Of a stretch of DNA of 64,000 nucleotides, positions 10,655 through 20,905 are shown in pieces. Source of the DNA: Candidatus Staskawiczbacteria bacterium. GTDB lineage: Bacteria > Patescibacteriota > Minisyncoccia > Minisyncoccales > Staskawiczbacteraceae. The stretch is from the NCBI GenBank assembly GCA_016196125.1, contig JACPYG010000006.1:54511-118510 (forward strand), given 5' to 3'. The notes under the pieces are model-generated. The model was given only the letters and a program-made list of their open reading frames with translations. It was not told the origin of the DNA and ran no database searches. Within the stretch, counting starts at the first letter, position 1. Each line of letters opens with the position of its first letter. A program made the translations under genes and the position numbers.

Positions 10655-11499
10655 TTTTGAATGCTCCTTTTTATTCTTCCCAATAAAGTTCGTGGCGCCA
10701 TTATTAATCTGATAATTCTGCGCCATAATTTTATAGCCGAATCTGGCGTATCTCTCAATGTAATAATTTTTAAAGCTTTTTTAACATCTATTGCCCTTTC
10801 GTCTTGATTTATCCAAAAAACCTCTCTTAAAACATGAACGGTTGGAACCATCGTAATAAAACTTCTTTTAGCTAAAAACTCTTCGGCTTTTTTACCATAT
10901 AGTTCAAATCCTCCGGGTTTTTTTGAGTTTAAAAGTGATTTATTATTTTCCAACAGTTCAACCGCAAATTCTTTCTTAAAAATTCCCGGCAGGCTTACAA
11001 TGTATCCCCCTGGGTAATTGCGCCACAAATTTTTTAGGGCGCTGGAGTCCGTAAGGTATTCTTTGTATAAAGGTTTGTTAGCCATTAACGTATATTCGTG
11101 TTCGCGCCGCCAAAATTCCCGCAAATGAGTTATTCTTAATACATCTGATTTTGAATTATAAAACTCTTCCAGTAAATAAAAAAATAAATTTTTATGAGGG
11201 CAAACGAACCAATGGTCTTCCATGAAAAAAAATAACAAAGGATTATTTCTGCTTTTATCAATTCGGGAAACTTGTTCTTTCACTATTTCGTAATAAGTAG
11301 AATTATTATTATTGGTTATTAAAGCATCGTTATAATGTTTTAAAATCTCTTTGCGGCAGGACTTTGCGTATTTGCCTACAATATTAAAATTCCAATAAAA
11401 TAGCGAAGAAACTGAATTTAAAGACCGGAGGCCATTAATAAAAATTATTTTTCTATGCCATGAATTTATTTTTATTGAACCAATAATATATATTTTCAT
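10651..11499 (-). CDS. hypothetical protein (glycan-locus protein of unknown function)
   Basis: 282-aa ORF packed in the operon; no motif recognised. Confidence 0.5.
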   Translation of the reverse strand: MKIYIIGSIKINSWHRKIIFINGLRSLNSVSSLFYWNFNIVGKYAKSCRKEILKHYNDALITNNNNSTYYEIVKEQVSRIDKSRNNPLLFFFMEDHWFVCPHKNLFFYLLEEFYNSKSDVLRITHLREFWRREHEYTLMANKPLYKEYLTDSSALKNLWRNYPGGYIVSLPGIFKKEFAVELLENNKSLLNSKKPGGFELYGKKAEEFLAKRSFITMVPTVHVLREVFWINQDERAIDVKKALKIITLRDTPDSAIKLWRRIIRLIMAPRTLLGRIKRSIQK

Positions 11500-12326
11500 A
11501 TAGTTATATGCTTTGCATATAATTTTCTTGAGACAGCCAAATAATTAATCGCTAAGAAAATCTCGTACTCTTCCTTATATGTATCTATCAATCTTATCCC
11601 GTCTTTTAAAATTCTGTAAATTTTATAATTGGGATTTAAAAAATCAAAAAAGTCCTTAAAAAAAGTCCTGGAATCTATGTCTGTTCCACCAAATTCAAAT
11701 TGGATAAAATCAGCCATTCCTGATGTAATTATTTTTTCTGCCCCCCTCAAAACATTCAACTCATTACCTTCAACATCTATTTTTAATAAATGGATATGCT
11801 CCACGTTATTTTCCCGACAGAAATCATCCAGGCGTCTGATAGCAACCTCTTCCTGTTGATCCATAGTAATGCCATGATGGTCCAGTTTTCTGGCATAAAG
11901 AGAGCCTAAAACCGAACCCTTTTGACCAGAGTAAAGAACCGCGGTTTTACTTTCTTCGCCAAAACCAATATTATATAATTTCACATTCTGGTGGTTTTTA
12001 AGGTTTTCCCCTAATAAACCAAAGGCTTTTTTAGACGGCTCAAAACAATGTAATCTTGTATTTTCTCCCAAAACGGAAAAAACTTCTTTGGAATAATCTC
12101 CTATATTAGCACCCACATCAAAAATAACAGGATTTACATCTTTGCCAATATGCGATTTTACATATTTTATAACCTCTTTTTCACCGTTAGATTCAATATC
12201 AATATTGCTAAAATTCATTCCTGTAATAGAAAATTGGTGCAATCGTTCAAAAAACCACTGCAATTCCTTTTTGCCAGCTATTTTATTAACCAAATAATTT
12301 ATTATCATCCTAAAATACTTCTTCAT
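11496..12326 (-). CDS. FkbM-family SAM-dependent methyltransferase
   Basis: FDVGANIGDYS motif typical of the FkbM domain. Confidence 0.8.
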   Translation of the reverse strand: MKKYFRMIINYLVNKIAGKKELQWFFERLHQFSITGMNFSNIDIESNGEKEVIKYVKSHIGKDVNPVIFDVGANIGDYSKEVFSVLGENTRLHCFEPSKKAFGLLGENLKNHQNVKLYNIGFGEESKTAVLYSGQKGSVLGSLYARKLDHHGITMDQQEEVAIRRLDDFCRENNVEHIHLLKIDVEGNELNVLRGAEKIITSGMADFIQFEFGGTDIDSRTFFKDFFDFLNPNYKIYRILKDGIRLIDTYKEEYEIFLAINYLAVSRKLYAKHITI

Positions 12327-14989
12327 GCATTTTTCTTTTGCAAGATTGTCGCAGTTAAATTTTGATTACCTAAAAACTTTTCTTTTAGTTTCATGGCTTG
12401 ACTCAGCCAAACGGGAAACTCAAGATCATTGGCCACCATCTTTTCTAAAAAGCTTTTGGCCAGCGCTTCAAACGCGCGATTGTCAATATGCCGTTCTTTT
12501 TCCCCGACAACCACGATAGCGGGAAACGACCACCCCTTATATTTAGATTGTGTAACTTTCACAACCCTAAAACCAAACAATTTATAAATTGATGTCAAGG
12601 TAAAGCGATCCCAACCTTCTAAATGACTTCCCCATCCTGATTCCTTGCTTCCAAAAACCTGGCGTAAGATTTTCCATTTGTCTGTTTTAAAATAATTTTT
12701 CTTATATTTAATAGCAATGAGCGTGTTCCAGATAATCTCCATGGGACTGGTTAACCCAAGATACTTTCTGGCACACCATTCAAAATCTGGCGTCGCAATT
12801 TCAAGTTTGCCTCCCCTTTTTAACCAACGATTAAAGACAAACATTAATACCACCGCTTGGTATCTATGAAAATGCTCAAACACATGATGCAATTTTATCT
12901 CATCAACAGAGTTATCATTAAATTGTAAATCTAATATGCTCGCATCAATATCGTAGGAAATTCCCTCCCTTTTCGTATTATCAATATTTATATACCCCGG
13001 TAATATAACGCTACCACAACCCAAATGAAGTTTTACTTCTTTATGTTCCATGTTATATGTAGACTGTTTAAAGTTGACATAAATATCACCCCACACATCC
13101 TTGTTTTCTATTTTTTCCAATGCTTCAAAAAGTTCGGCCCCTAATACCCAATCTTTAAAAGATAATTTTCCAGATTCTCCAACCGAATAATTAAATGTAG
13201 CGTTGCCCAAGGACGATACATAATCAACACATTCCTTGGCATCGACCAAAAACTCTTTGGTGAATTCAAAAGATATGTAAGGTATTAGTTTTGTTAGCCC
13301 TTTTAAAACTTCTTTTTCAAATCCTTCAACATCTATTTTGCAAAATTTCGGCAATCCGTGTTTGGATATTAAATTATCCAAAGTCGTAACCGGTACTTTT
13401 TCTATTGTAGCCCCTTTATAACTTTTTGAGAAACAGCCTTCTTTTTTCCACTTTTCAGACATAGTTGCAAGCACGCTCCGATCTTCACCGATTGATAATT
13501 CCATAAAACCAGAATTCGCGGCCAATCCTTTATTTACCACGACAAGATTTTTATTATCTCCATAGAACTCTTGAATTTTTTGGCATGCGAGCTCCTGTGG
13601 TTCAACCGCTATTACTTTTGCCCCTAATTTTAAAAATATATTTGTTTTGTTGCCGATGTTTGCTCCAACGTCAAAACATACATCCCCCTTTTTTATAAAT
13701 TGAGAGTAAAAAATTAGTTCTCTCTTCTCTTGCCTTACCGTTTCTGGATACAGTAAGTTCTTTTTCAATGATAAAATACTGCGAGCAATATAATGGTGAT
13801 TAAAGGTTTTTTTTCTTATAGTAAGATTGTTTTGGTAATCCGCAAGTTGTTTTACGAAATCGCTGATATTACCCGGCGCATCATTGGCAAAAGGTCCCCT
13901 CCCCACAATCTTGCGTGAAAAGCTTCGATATAGTGCCACCGGATTGCGGTATGACCAGAATGCAACGAATTTATTTGTCATAACATATTTAAAGAACTGC
14001 AAAATACTAAAAGGGTGGTACTTTCTTATCTGCTCTCTTTTTTGGATAATTTCTTTGATGCTGATATTCCATTTAAAGTATCCTGACTGCTGGACGATAA
14101 ACGCCCACATGGCATTATAGTTAAAATGCAAATTATCATAACATTGCGGAAACTTATCCATCGCGACCAATATTGCGTCTTGGAGTACATTAGCCAATAT
14201 GTCTATTCCAGGAAATAACGATGGATGAATTTGATAATTTTTATACTCTTGAATCATCTTTTCCGTATTCACCCGGCTATCCTTGCCATATGCCACTGCG
14301 CTGTTTGATTTAGGAGACCGTCCCGACACCGTAACGGCATACCCCACATTAATTGCCGTATCACAAAAAACCGGTATGGCAAATGACGTGAAAAGATCAG
14401 GCTGGGTAGAATGAAATACCCGACCGGTCTGCTTTCGTATTATATCTAAAATGGATTTGGCAACTGCGCCGTGATATACAGAAGGAAGTTGTCCGCTCTC
14501 TCTCATCACAGCTATGAATCTGGCGGCTAATTTTTTTAAGCTAATCTCAAATGGATGAATATCGGGGGACAAATAATACGCGGAGGCCCCCAGATCATTT
14601 TTAGGCCAGGTATAGAGAGGCATGGGCCAACAATATACTAAATTGGGGCTACTCTTGATGGTATTTTGTAACATATCTATCGCGCCAGGCATAATAGCAT
14701 CATCGTCTCCAATAAAAATCATGTATTCTCCTTTTGCATGTTCCAAGGCAAATTCATAATTATCGCACATAGATAAACGTCTGCCTGAATTGACATACAC
14801 CAAACGAGAGTCATTAAAACTCTCAACAACTTCTTTAGTATTATCTTGGCTGAAATTATCAGAAACAACCACCTCGTAATCATCACTATTTTGGTCCAAC
14901 GCAGTCTTTATGGCAAACAATAACGTATCGGCTCTTTCCCGCGTTGGGATAATCACGCTAATAAATGGTTTTACCCGCTGGTTATCCAT
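12323..14989 (-). CDS. multidomain glycosyltransferase family 2 / FkbM methyltransferase / class I SAM methyltransferase fusion protein
   Basis: N-terminal ISVIIPTRERADTL...SDNFSQDNT...DDD (GT2). The middle has CFDVGANIGNKTN (FkbM). The C-terminal part has LHLGCGSVILPGYINID (Methyltransf_11-like). Total length 888 aa. Confidence 0.8.
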   Translation of the reverse strand: MDNQRVKPFISVIIPTRERADTLLFAIKTALDQNSDDYEVVVSDNFSQDNTKEVVESFNDSRLVYVNSGRRLSMCDNYEFALEHAKGEYMIFIGDDDAIMPGAIDMLQNTIKSSPNLVYCWPMPLYTWPKNDLGASAYYLSPDIHPFEISLKKLAARFIAVMRESGQLPSVYHGAVAKSILDIIRKQTGRVFHSTQPDLFTSFAIPVFCDTAINVGYAVTVSGRSPKSNSAVAYGKDSRVNTEKMIQEYKNYQIHPSLFPGIDILANVLQDAILVAMDKFPQCYDNLHFNYNAMWAFIVQQSGYFKWNISIKEIIQKREQIRKYHPFSILQFFKYVMTNKFVAFWSYRNPVALYRSFSRKIVGRGPFANDAPGNISDFVKQLADYQNNLTIRKKTFNHHYIARSILSLKKNLLYPETVRQEKRELIFYSQFIKKGDVCFDVGANIGNKTNIFLKLGAKVIAVEPQELACQKIQEFYGDNKNLVVVNKGLAANSGFMELSIGEDRSVLATMSEKWKKEGCFSKSYKGATIEKVPVTTLDNLISKHGLPKFCKIDVEGFEKEVLKGLTKLIPYISFEFTKEFLVDAKECVDYVSSLGNATFNYSVGESGKLSFKDWVLGAELFEALEKIENKDVWGDIYVNFKQSTYNMEHKEVKLHLGCGSVILPGYINIDNTKREGISYDIDASILDLQFNDNSVDEIKLHHVFEHFHRYQAVVLMFVFNRWLKRGGKLEIATPDFEWCARKYLGLTSPMEIIWNTLIAIKYKKNYFKTDKWKILRQVFGSKESGWGSHLEGWDRFTLTSIYKLFGFRVVKVTQSKYKGWSFPAIVVVGEKERHIDNRAFEALAKSFLEKMVANDLEFPVWLSQAMKLKEKFLGNQNLTATILQKKNA

Positions 14990-15854
14990 TATTATCTAAA
15001 AAGTTAAAATATGACCTTAGACCTTCTTGCCACGAGGGCAATGTTATTCCCAAAGATTTGGCTTTAGTATTTTTTAAAGCTGAAAACTTTGGACGCTTTA
15101 CCTGACCATCAAAACCATGCCTGTCCACCGGTTTTAATTCTTTATTGATGCCGGCTAAGGTGAAAATTTCTTTTGTAAATTCATACCAACTGCATGCTCC
15201 CTCGTTAACCAAATGATATATTCCAGATTTTGCTTCGCTCGTAAGTAATTTTAAGGTGGCTTTGCTTAAATCACCCGCATATGCAGGACTTACAATCTGC
15301 TCGCAACTAACCTCAATAACTTTTTTATCTTGCGCCTCTTTGATAATATTTAACACAAAATTTCCTTTTTCCGGACTGCCTTTTTTACCGCCATAAAGAC
15401 CGCAAGTTCTGACAACAAAAACCCCGCCAGGATAAACATGTAAAGCAGCGTATTCTCCGGCCAATTTTGACAGACCATACACTTGCAAAGGATTGGGCAA
15501 ATCCTCTTCATCATAAGGCGCTCCTTTTTCTCCATCAAACACATAATCTGAGCTATAGGTAACAAAAATGACATTATTTTCTTGACATACTCTGGCTAAA
15601 TTTTGCACTGCAATAAAATGTACCGCCATTGCTAATGAAGGATTTGCCTCACACAGCAAAATAACTTGATAGGCTGATGTATTGATGACAATATCCGGTT
15701 TAATTTTCTCAATTTTTTCTTTCACTTGTAAGTGGTTGATAACATCCAATTCTTCTTGTTCAAAACCGACAATTTCAAAACCGAAAGAAAAAGCATCTTT
15801 TATTATTTCACTTCCCAACTGACCGTTTTTACCAATCAATAAAATTTTTTTCAT
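14982..15854 (-). CDS. dTDP-4-dehydrorhamnose reductase (RmlD)-family NDP-4-ketosugar reductase
   Basis: MKKILLIGKNGQLGSEI; 290 aa SDR with RmlD-like layout. Confidence 0.75.
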   Translation of the reverse strand: MKKILLIGKNGQLGSEIIKDAFSFGFEIVGFEQEELDVINHLQVKEKIEKIKPDIVINTSAYQVILLCEANPSLAMAVHFIAVQNLARVCQENNVIFVTYSSDYVFDGEKGAPYDEEDLPNPLQVYGLSKLAGEYAALHVYPGGVFVVRTCGLYGGKKGSPEKGNFVLNIIKEAQDKKVIEVSCEQIVSPAYAGDLSKATLKLLTSEAKSGIYHLVNEGACSWYEFTKEIFTLAGINKELKPVDRHGFDGQVKRPKFSALKNTKAKSLGITLPSWQEGLRSYFNFLDNNG

Positions 15855-15930
15855 CGTAATAGAGGCCAGTTTCTATCTTTTTCCAAAAAAATTGGAGGCT
15901 TTATAGCCCATTTAGTATTGATAAATTTAG

Positions 15931-17169
15931 CTATACGATTTTTATTTCTGGTATTGGTATAATGAACTTTCCTCCGTTCTGACGCCAGTTTTTTAATTCT
16001 TCCATCTGCATAACTTCATCGGCGAGATTCCAGCATAAAATGAGAAGATAGTCAGGCTTTTCTTCACTTATTTTTTCTGGCGGATACACTAATAAATGAG
16101 TTCCGGGCGTATATAAACCCTGTTTTGCTTTTGATTTATCAACAATAAAATCCAGATAATTTCCATCAATACCAAAATAAAGCAATAAAATATTTCCTCG
16201 TGCGGGGGCAGAATAAGCGGCTACTCTTTTACCTTCTCTCTTAAGTTTTTTTAACAAATCCACTAATTCATGTTTTATCGCCAGCACACTCTCGCTCATT
16301 TTCTGATATGTTTCTAATTTATCAAACCCGCTTTCAATTTCTTTTGCTTTAAGGTTTTTAACATTTTCATGTATTGGTAAAACTCCGGAATGGGAAGCAA
16401 AAATCATTAAAGACCCTCCTTGCATCGGGGTCATTTTTACATCATAAATTTCTAAATCTACTGACTTAAACAGATGTATTAGCGCAATAAGAGAATAGTA
16501 AAAAACATGTTCATGATAAATAATATCAAATTTATTTTCCACTAAACCCTGGACATATGGAAATTCAAAAACAGCTGTTCCTTTTGGCTTTAAAAGCTCT
16601 TTTACCCCCTTTACAAAACCGACAATTTCCGGCACATGAGCCAATACATTAGCGCCAAAAATTAAATCTGCCTGGACATTTTGCTCTTCTTTTAGTTTTT
16701 TAGCCAAGGGATAACTAAAGAATTCATCAATGGTTCTAATACCTTTTTCGTTGGCCACCTTTGCAATATTTTTAGCAGGATCTACTCCCAAAACCGGAAT
16801 TCCCAATTCTTTAAAACATTGCAGCTGGGAACCATCGTTGCTGGCAATTTCTAATACCAAACTTTCTTTGTCAAGGTTTAATTTTTTAGCTAAGTAATCT
16901 GCATTCTCTTTGCAATGTTCCAAAAAATACTTAGAAACAGATGAAAAATAAATATAATCTCTGAAAAGATCTTCCGGAGATATAATATCTATAATCTGGA
17001 CTAAAAAACATTTCGGACAAAAGCCAACGCTTAAATTATATTTTTTTTCTGAAGCAAAATCTTCTTCTTTTTTTAAAAAAAGGTTCAGAGAGGGTATTTG
17101 TCCCAAAGAAAAAAACTCTACTAATTCTGTTTCGCAACTTCTGCAATTCATACTTATTGAAACTAACAA
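15931..17169 (-). CDS. NDP-hexose C-methyltransferase (TylCIII/NovU family: Zn-binding N-domain, methyltransferase, C-methyltransferase C-domain)
   Basis: N-terminal CRSCETELVEFFSLGQIP zinc-binding motif; ~410 aa, typical of sugar C3-methyltransferases. Confidence 0.7.
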   Translation of the reverse strand: MLVSISMNCRSCETELVEFFSLGQIPSLNLFLKKEEDFASEKKYNLSVGFCPKCFLVQIIDIISPEDLFRDYIYFSSVSKYFLEHCKENADYLAKKLNLDKESLVLEIASNDGSQLQCFKELGIPVLGVDPAKNIAKVANEKGIRTIDEFFSYPLAKKLKEEQNVQADLIFGANVLAHVPEIVGFVKGVKELLKPKGTAVFEFPYVQGLVENKFDIIYHEHVFYYSLIALIHLFKSVDLEIYDVKMTPMQGGSLMIFASHSGVLPIHENVKNLKAKEIESGFDKLETYQKMSESVLAIKHELVDLLKKLKREGKRVAAYSAPARGNILLLYFGIDGNYLDFIVDKSKAKQGLYTPGTHLLVYPPEKISEEKPDYLLILCWNLADEVMQMEELKNWRQNGGKFIIPIPEIKIV

Positions 17170-17292
17170 GATTTCTTTTAAAAAGAATCTGCTTGTTGGT
17201 TGGTTAAATTAATAATATTTTTTACAATAATAACTTTATATAACCTTTTATCATGACTTTATCATTTGTTAAAATTGTAGTATAGTTTTACA

Positions 17293-17832
17293 ATGAATAT
17301 AGAAAATAATTTTGGTATTTCAAACATTTCCCAAAAAGAAATTAAAAATCTTGCCGCTTTAGTGCTAAAAAATATTTCAAATCCGGAGAATGGATTGGGA
17401 AAAGATCTTTTCAATGCGATTATCGCTATTGTTCCCCAAACAACCGTTGAAGCGATCATTGTGGACAGTATCGATCATCCAACAAAAGTGCTGGTTATGC
17501 CAAGGAATGACCGTAACTACCCTAAGTCATGCCATTTACCGGGAAGCTTTATCAGATATAGCGAAACTTTTTCCAGAAGGTTACACCGTCTTGTGCAGAC
17601 AGAACTGAAAGTGGACATCAGAAAATTTAAAGATACTAACATTAAATACAACTGCTTGGAAAAGAAAAATAAGAGGCATATTATAGGACTTTACTTCTTA
17701 GTCCAACTTATTGCTAATCCCACGGTCGTACATCGATGGGTGGATTATATCCCTAAAAATCTTATAAGGCAACATAAAGATTTTTTAAAGAACTATTTTC
17801 ATTGGAAAATCGGAGCATCGCTTTGGGAATAA
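17293..17832 (+). CDS. hypothetical protein (only plus-strand gene inside the glycan supercluster; weak Nudix-like stretch)
   Basis: 179-aa ORF with a divergent AT-rich promoter region at 17170-17292. LPGSFIRYSETFSRRLHRLVQTELKV weakly resembles a Nudix box. Confidence 0.45.
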   Translation: MNIENNFGISNISQKEIKNLAALVLKNISNPENGLGKDLFNAIIAIVPQTTVEAIIVDSIDHPTKVLVMPRNDRNYPKSCHLPGSFIRYSETFSRRLHRLVQTELKVDIRKFKDTNIKYNCLEKKNKRHIIGLYFLVQLIANPTVVHRWVDYIPKNLIRQHKDFLKNYFHWKIGASLWE

Positions 17833-17836
17833 AATA

Positions 17837-18796
17837 CTACGCGGTGTTATTTTTACTTTGAAGCCAGTCGAATGTTTCTTTTATTCCGTCTTCAAAAGTT
17901 GTTACGGGTTGCCAATGTAACGTTTCTCTTGCTTTGGTCCAATCAAGATATTGGCGCGGTATCTCATTATTGGCCATATTCAATATTTTGTAATTAATTT
18001 TTACTCCCAGGATTCCTTCAATTTTTTTGACGACATCTATCGTACTAAAAATATTTTTACTGGCGAAATTAAACGCTTCCCCCACAACCTTTTCTTTATT
18101 TTCCATTAATTTAATACAACCATCAGCTATGTCTTTTACATAAGTATAACCTCTTACCATTTTGCCGTCGCTTCTTATTAAAAGTTCTTTGTTTTCTATA
18201 ATAGCATTGATGGTTCCAGGAACTATTCTAGAAAAATTAAGGTCGCCAGGTCCAAAAACATTACTAAATCTTGTTATTGCAATGGGAAGATTGTAAGTAT
18301 GAAAATATGTTTGAGCTATCAAATCAGCCGCTGATTTAGAAGCATCGTAGGGATGGTCTCCCTTTAAGGGGAAATGTTCTTTGTAGGGAAGTTTTTTAGA
18401 TTTACCGTAAGCTTTATCTGATGAAACAACAACAATGGTTTCTAAATTTTTTCTTTTCCTACAAATTTCTAAGATATTAACCGTACCCATCACGTTTGTT
18501 TCTATGGCTTTATAGGGGTTTTTATAGGCATCTTCAACCAGGGGTTGGGCGGCAAGATGGAACACGATAGCGGGATTTTCTTTTTCAAAAATTTTAGAAA
18601 TATTTCTATCTCTTACATCTGCTTTATAAAATGTCGCTTTTAGATGTATATTTTCTTTTTTACCAGAAGACAAATCATCTATCACAACTACATGATAGCT
18701 TTTTTGTATTAGCTTATTTACAATATGACTTCCAATAAATCCGGCTCCGCCCGTAACTATCACATTTTTAAATTTTAGCTTAGATATACTTTTCAT
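17837..18796 (-). CDS. NDP-sugar 4,6-dehydratase/epimerase (SDR) family
   Basis: VIVTGGAGFIGSHIV; YDASKSAAD...ITRFSNVFGP resembles NDP-glucose 4,6-dehydratases. Confidence 0.8.
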   Translation of the reverse strand: MKSISKLKFKNVIVTGGAGFIGSHIVNKLIQKSYHVVVIDDLSSGKKENIHLKATFYKADVRDRNISKIFEKENPAIVFHLAAQPLVEDAYKNPYKAIETNVMGTVNILEICRKRKNLETIVVVSSDKAYGKSKKLPYKEHFPLKGDHPYDASKSAADLIAQTYFHTYNLPIAITRFSNVFGPGDLNFSRIVPGTINAIIENKELLIRSDGKMVRGYTYVKDIADGCIKLMENKEKVVGEAFNFASKNIFSTIDVVKKIEGILGVKINYKILNMANNEIPRQYLDWTKARETLHWQPVTTFEDGIKETFDWLQSKNNTA

Positions 18797-18824
18797 CTTT
18801 GATTTTTACTCTATCTATAATATT

Positions 18825-19586
18825 TTATTTTTCCCAAACTGTCCATGGCTTGCTATCGTGCCATAATTTATTAAGTTCTTCCATTTCCCTGTAGGTATCC
18901 ATTGCCTTCCAAAATCCTTCGTGCCTGTAGATTGACAACTGGCGGATGGCTGCCATTTTTTTCAAACCACTTTGTTCGTGTCCATTATCAAAATACTCTA
19001 AGGCTTTTTTGTTAAATATCATGAATCCGCCGCTTACATAATCATGCATCAGTGGCTTTTCATCGAAACTTTCAACTAAATTATTGCCATCGGTTTTTAT
19101 GAGTCCATATTTGGAATAGGGATGCACGCCACTGATAGTGCCCAAAAGCCCCTGCTTTTGATGAAAAGCTACTAATTCTTTAATGTTAATATTGCCGACG
19201 CCATCGCCATAAGTAAGCATAAAATTATTCTCGGTAATATATTTTTGCGCCCGCAAAATCCGTTCGCCCGTATTGCTTTCCAATCCGGTATCAGCAAAGG
19301 TAATTTTAAAATCATCACCAACACTGTTATGGAACGCCGTTTCATGAGTAGCGGCATCAAGGGTAAAATCATTCTGGAATTTTTTTTGATTTAAAAAGTA
19401 ATCCTTTATCATCTCCCCTTTATAACCCAAAGCCAATATAAATTCGTTATAGCCGTAATGGGCGTATATTTTCATGATATGCCACAGTATCGGCTTTCCG
19501 CCAATTAAAACCATTGCTTTTGGTTTGTATTCGGTTTCTTCTTTCATGCGGGTGCCCAAGCCCCCGCAAAGTATTATTGTTTTCAT
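18825..19586 (-). CDS. rfbF: glucose-1-phosphate cytidylyltransferase
   Basis: MKTIILCGGLGTRMKEETEYKPKAMVLIGGKPILWHIMKIYAHYGYNEFILALGYKG is the RfbF/DdhA signature. Confidence 0.85.
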   Translation of the reverse strand: MKTIILCGGLGTRMKEETEYKPKAMVLIGGKPILWHIMKIYAHYGYNEFILALGYKGEMIKDYFLNQKKFQNDFTLDAATHETAFHNSVGDDFKITFADTGLESNTGERILRAQKYITENNFMLTYGDGVGNINIKELVAFHQKQGLLGTISGVHPYSKYGLIKTDGNNLVESFDEKPLMHDYVSGGFMIFNKKALEYFDNGHEQSGLKKMAAIRQLSIYRHEGFWKAMDTYREMEELNKLWHDSKPWTVWEK

Positions 19587-19587
19587 T

Positions 19588-20904
19588 TTATATAAATTTT
19601 AATTTTTGGTTTTCTGTATTTTTTCTCTCTATGTCTTTTATTATTTCTAAAAATCGTTCTATGGGATTATACCTTGTTTCTATGTAATTATTATTAAATT
19701 TAGTTTTGAATTTATCTAAGTTCTTTGCACTGGCTATTTTTTTAAGATAATCCTCTAACTCTTCTATGGTTTGAAATGAGGCGCTACATGCACCCAATGC
19801 TTCAAAGTTATCTGATTTTATCGGATAATTCATCAATTGTAAAGATACTTTTGAGCTCATGGTTGCCTCAACTAATGAAGTTGACTGGAAGCTTATAAAT
19901 ATATCTGCTGTTTTAAATGCCTCTTGCAACCCTTCTCTTGTGTCAGTAAATGCAATATCTTTTAAATTTTTCTTTAGTAATTCTCTATTTTCTCCTGGAT
20001 GCGGCCTATAAAAAAACTTTATTCTTAGCTTATTGCAGATTTCATTTATTTTTTTGATGGTTTCCATCTTAACATCAAAAAATTCTTCATTGTAAAATTC
20101 TAAATTAGTGCCTAAATAATAAACAATATAATTTTTATCTTTTTTCTTGGTATCTTTATTTTTTTCAATTAAATACGGATAGCCCAATATATAAATATCT
20201 TCTGATTTTCTCACGTTTTGTTTTTCATATAAATCTGCAAAATATTTTCCCCAAACCAAAAGATAATCAACAAATTTACCGCTCTCAATTGGCCAAAAAG
20301 AATCGTCTATTCCGTGTTGAATCTCCAAAGTAATAATACCCAATTTTTTGCTCGCTAACACAATTGCCCTTTCAATTGGTAAAACATCGCTCCATAAAAC
20401 AATATAATCTGGTTTGGCAATTCTTAATTTATTTTCTACTTCTTCAATCAAACGGTAAAGATATTTAATATTATTTTCTTTTAAGTAACTTAAAATATAC
20501 TGATCTAAATCACTAGTAACGATGTAACCTATAAAATTTTTAACTGCAAAAAATCTATCCCAATTACCATGATTAATTAATCCTACTTTTTGATATTTCT
20601 TCGCTCCCAAAATAATGTTGTAATATTTAAATGGCCTAAATAGAATATTTTTTTTGTTTCTTTGAAAACTTAAAAAGGGGTTTTTATTAGAATATAGTTT
20701 TGAAAAAATCCTATCTAAAAATCTAACTAAAAATCTGTTCTTGCTGTATCTATCAACATTTAACTGCAAAGTTTGATAAAATGATTCTTTCTCGGTATTT
20801 TTAACCCAGGCCACTTCTTTGAATCTATCAAAGAAATCAAATAAAAACTGAGGAAGTTTTTCACTGGGTATAATTTTTTCGTAATCAGAATATGCGGTAT
20901 TCAT
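19588..20904 (-). CDS. hypothetical protein, possible capsule/teichoic-type glycosyl- or phosphotransferase
   Basis: 438 aa in glycan operon context; HG-containing motifs but no confident family assignment. Confidence 0.45.
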   Translation of the reverse strand: MNTAYSDYEKIIPSEKLPQFLFDFFDRFKEVAWVKNTEKESFYQTLQLNVDRYSKNRFLVRFLDRIFSKLYSNKNPFLSFQRNKKNILFRPFKYYNIILGAKKYQKVGLINHGNWDRFFAVKNFIGYIVTSDLDQYILSYLKENNIKYLYRLIEEVENKLRIAKPDYIVLWSDVLPIERAIVLASKKLGIITLEIQHGIDDSFWPIESGKFVDYLLVWGKYFADLYEKQNVRKSEDIYILGYPYLIEKNKDTKKKDKNYIVYYLGTNLEFYNEEFFDVKMETIKKINEICNKLRIKFFYRPHPGENRELLKKNLKDIAFTDTREGLQEAFKTADIFISFQSTSLVEATMSSKVSLQLMNYPIKSDNFEALGACSASFQTIEELEDYLKKIASAKNLDKFKTKFNNNYIETRYNPIERFLEIIKDIERKNTENQKLKFI

Positions 20905-20905
20905 A

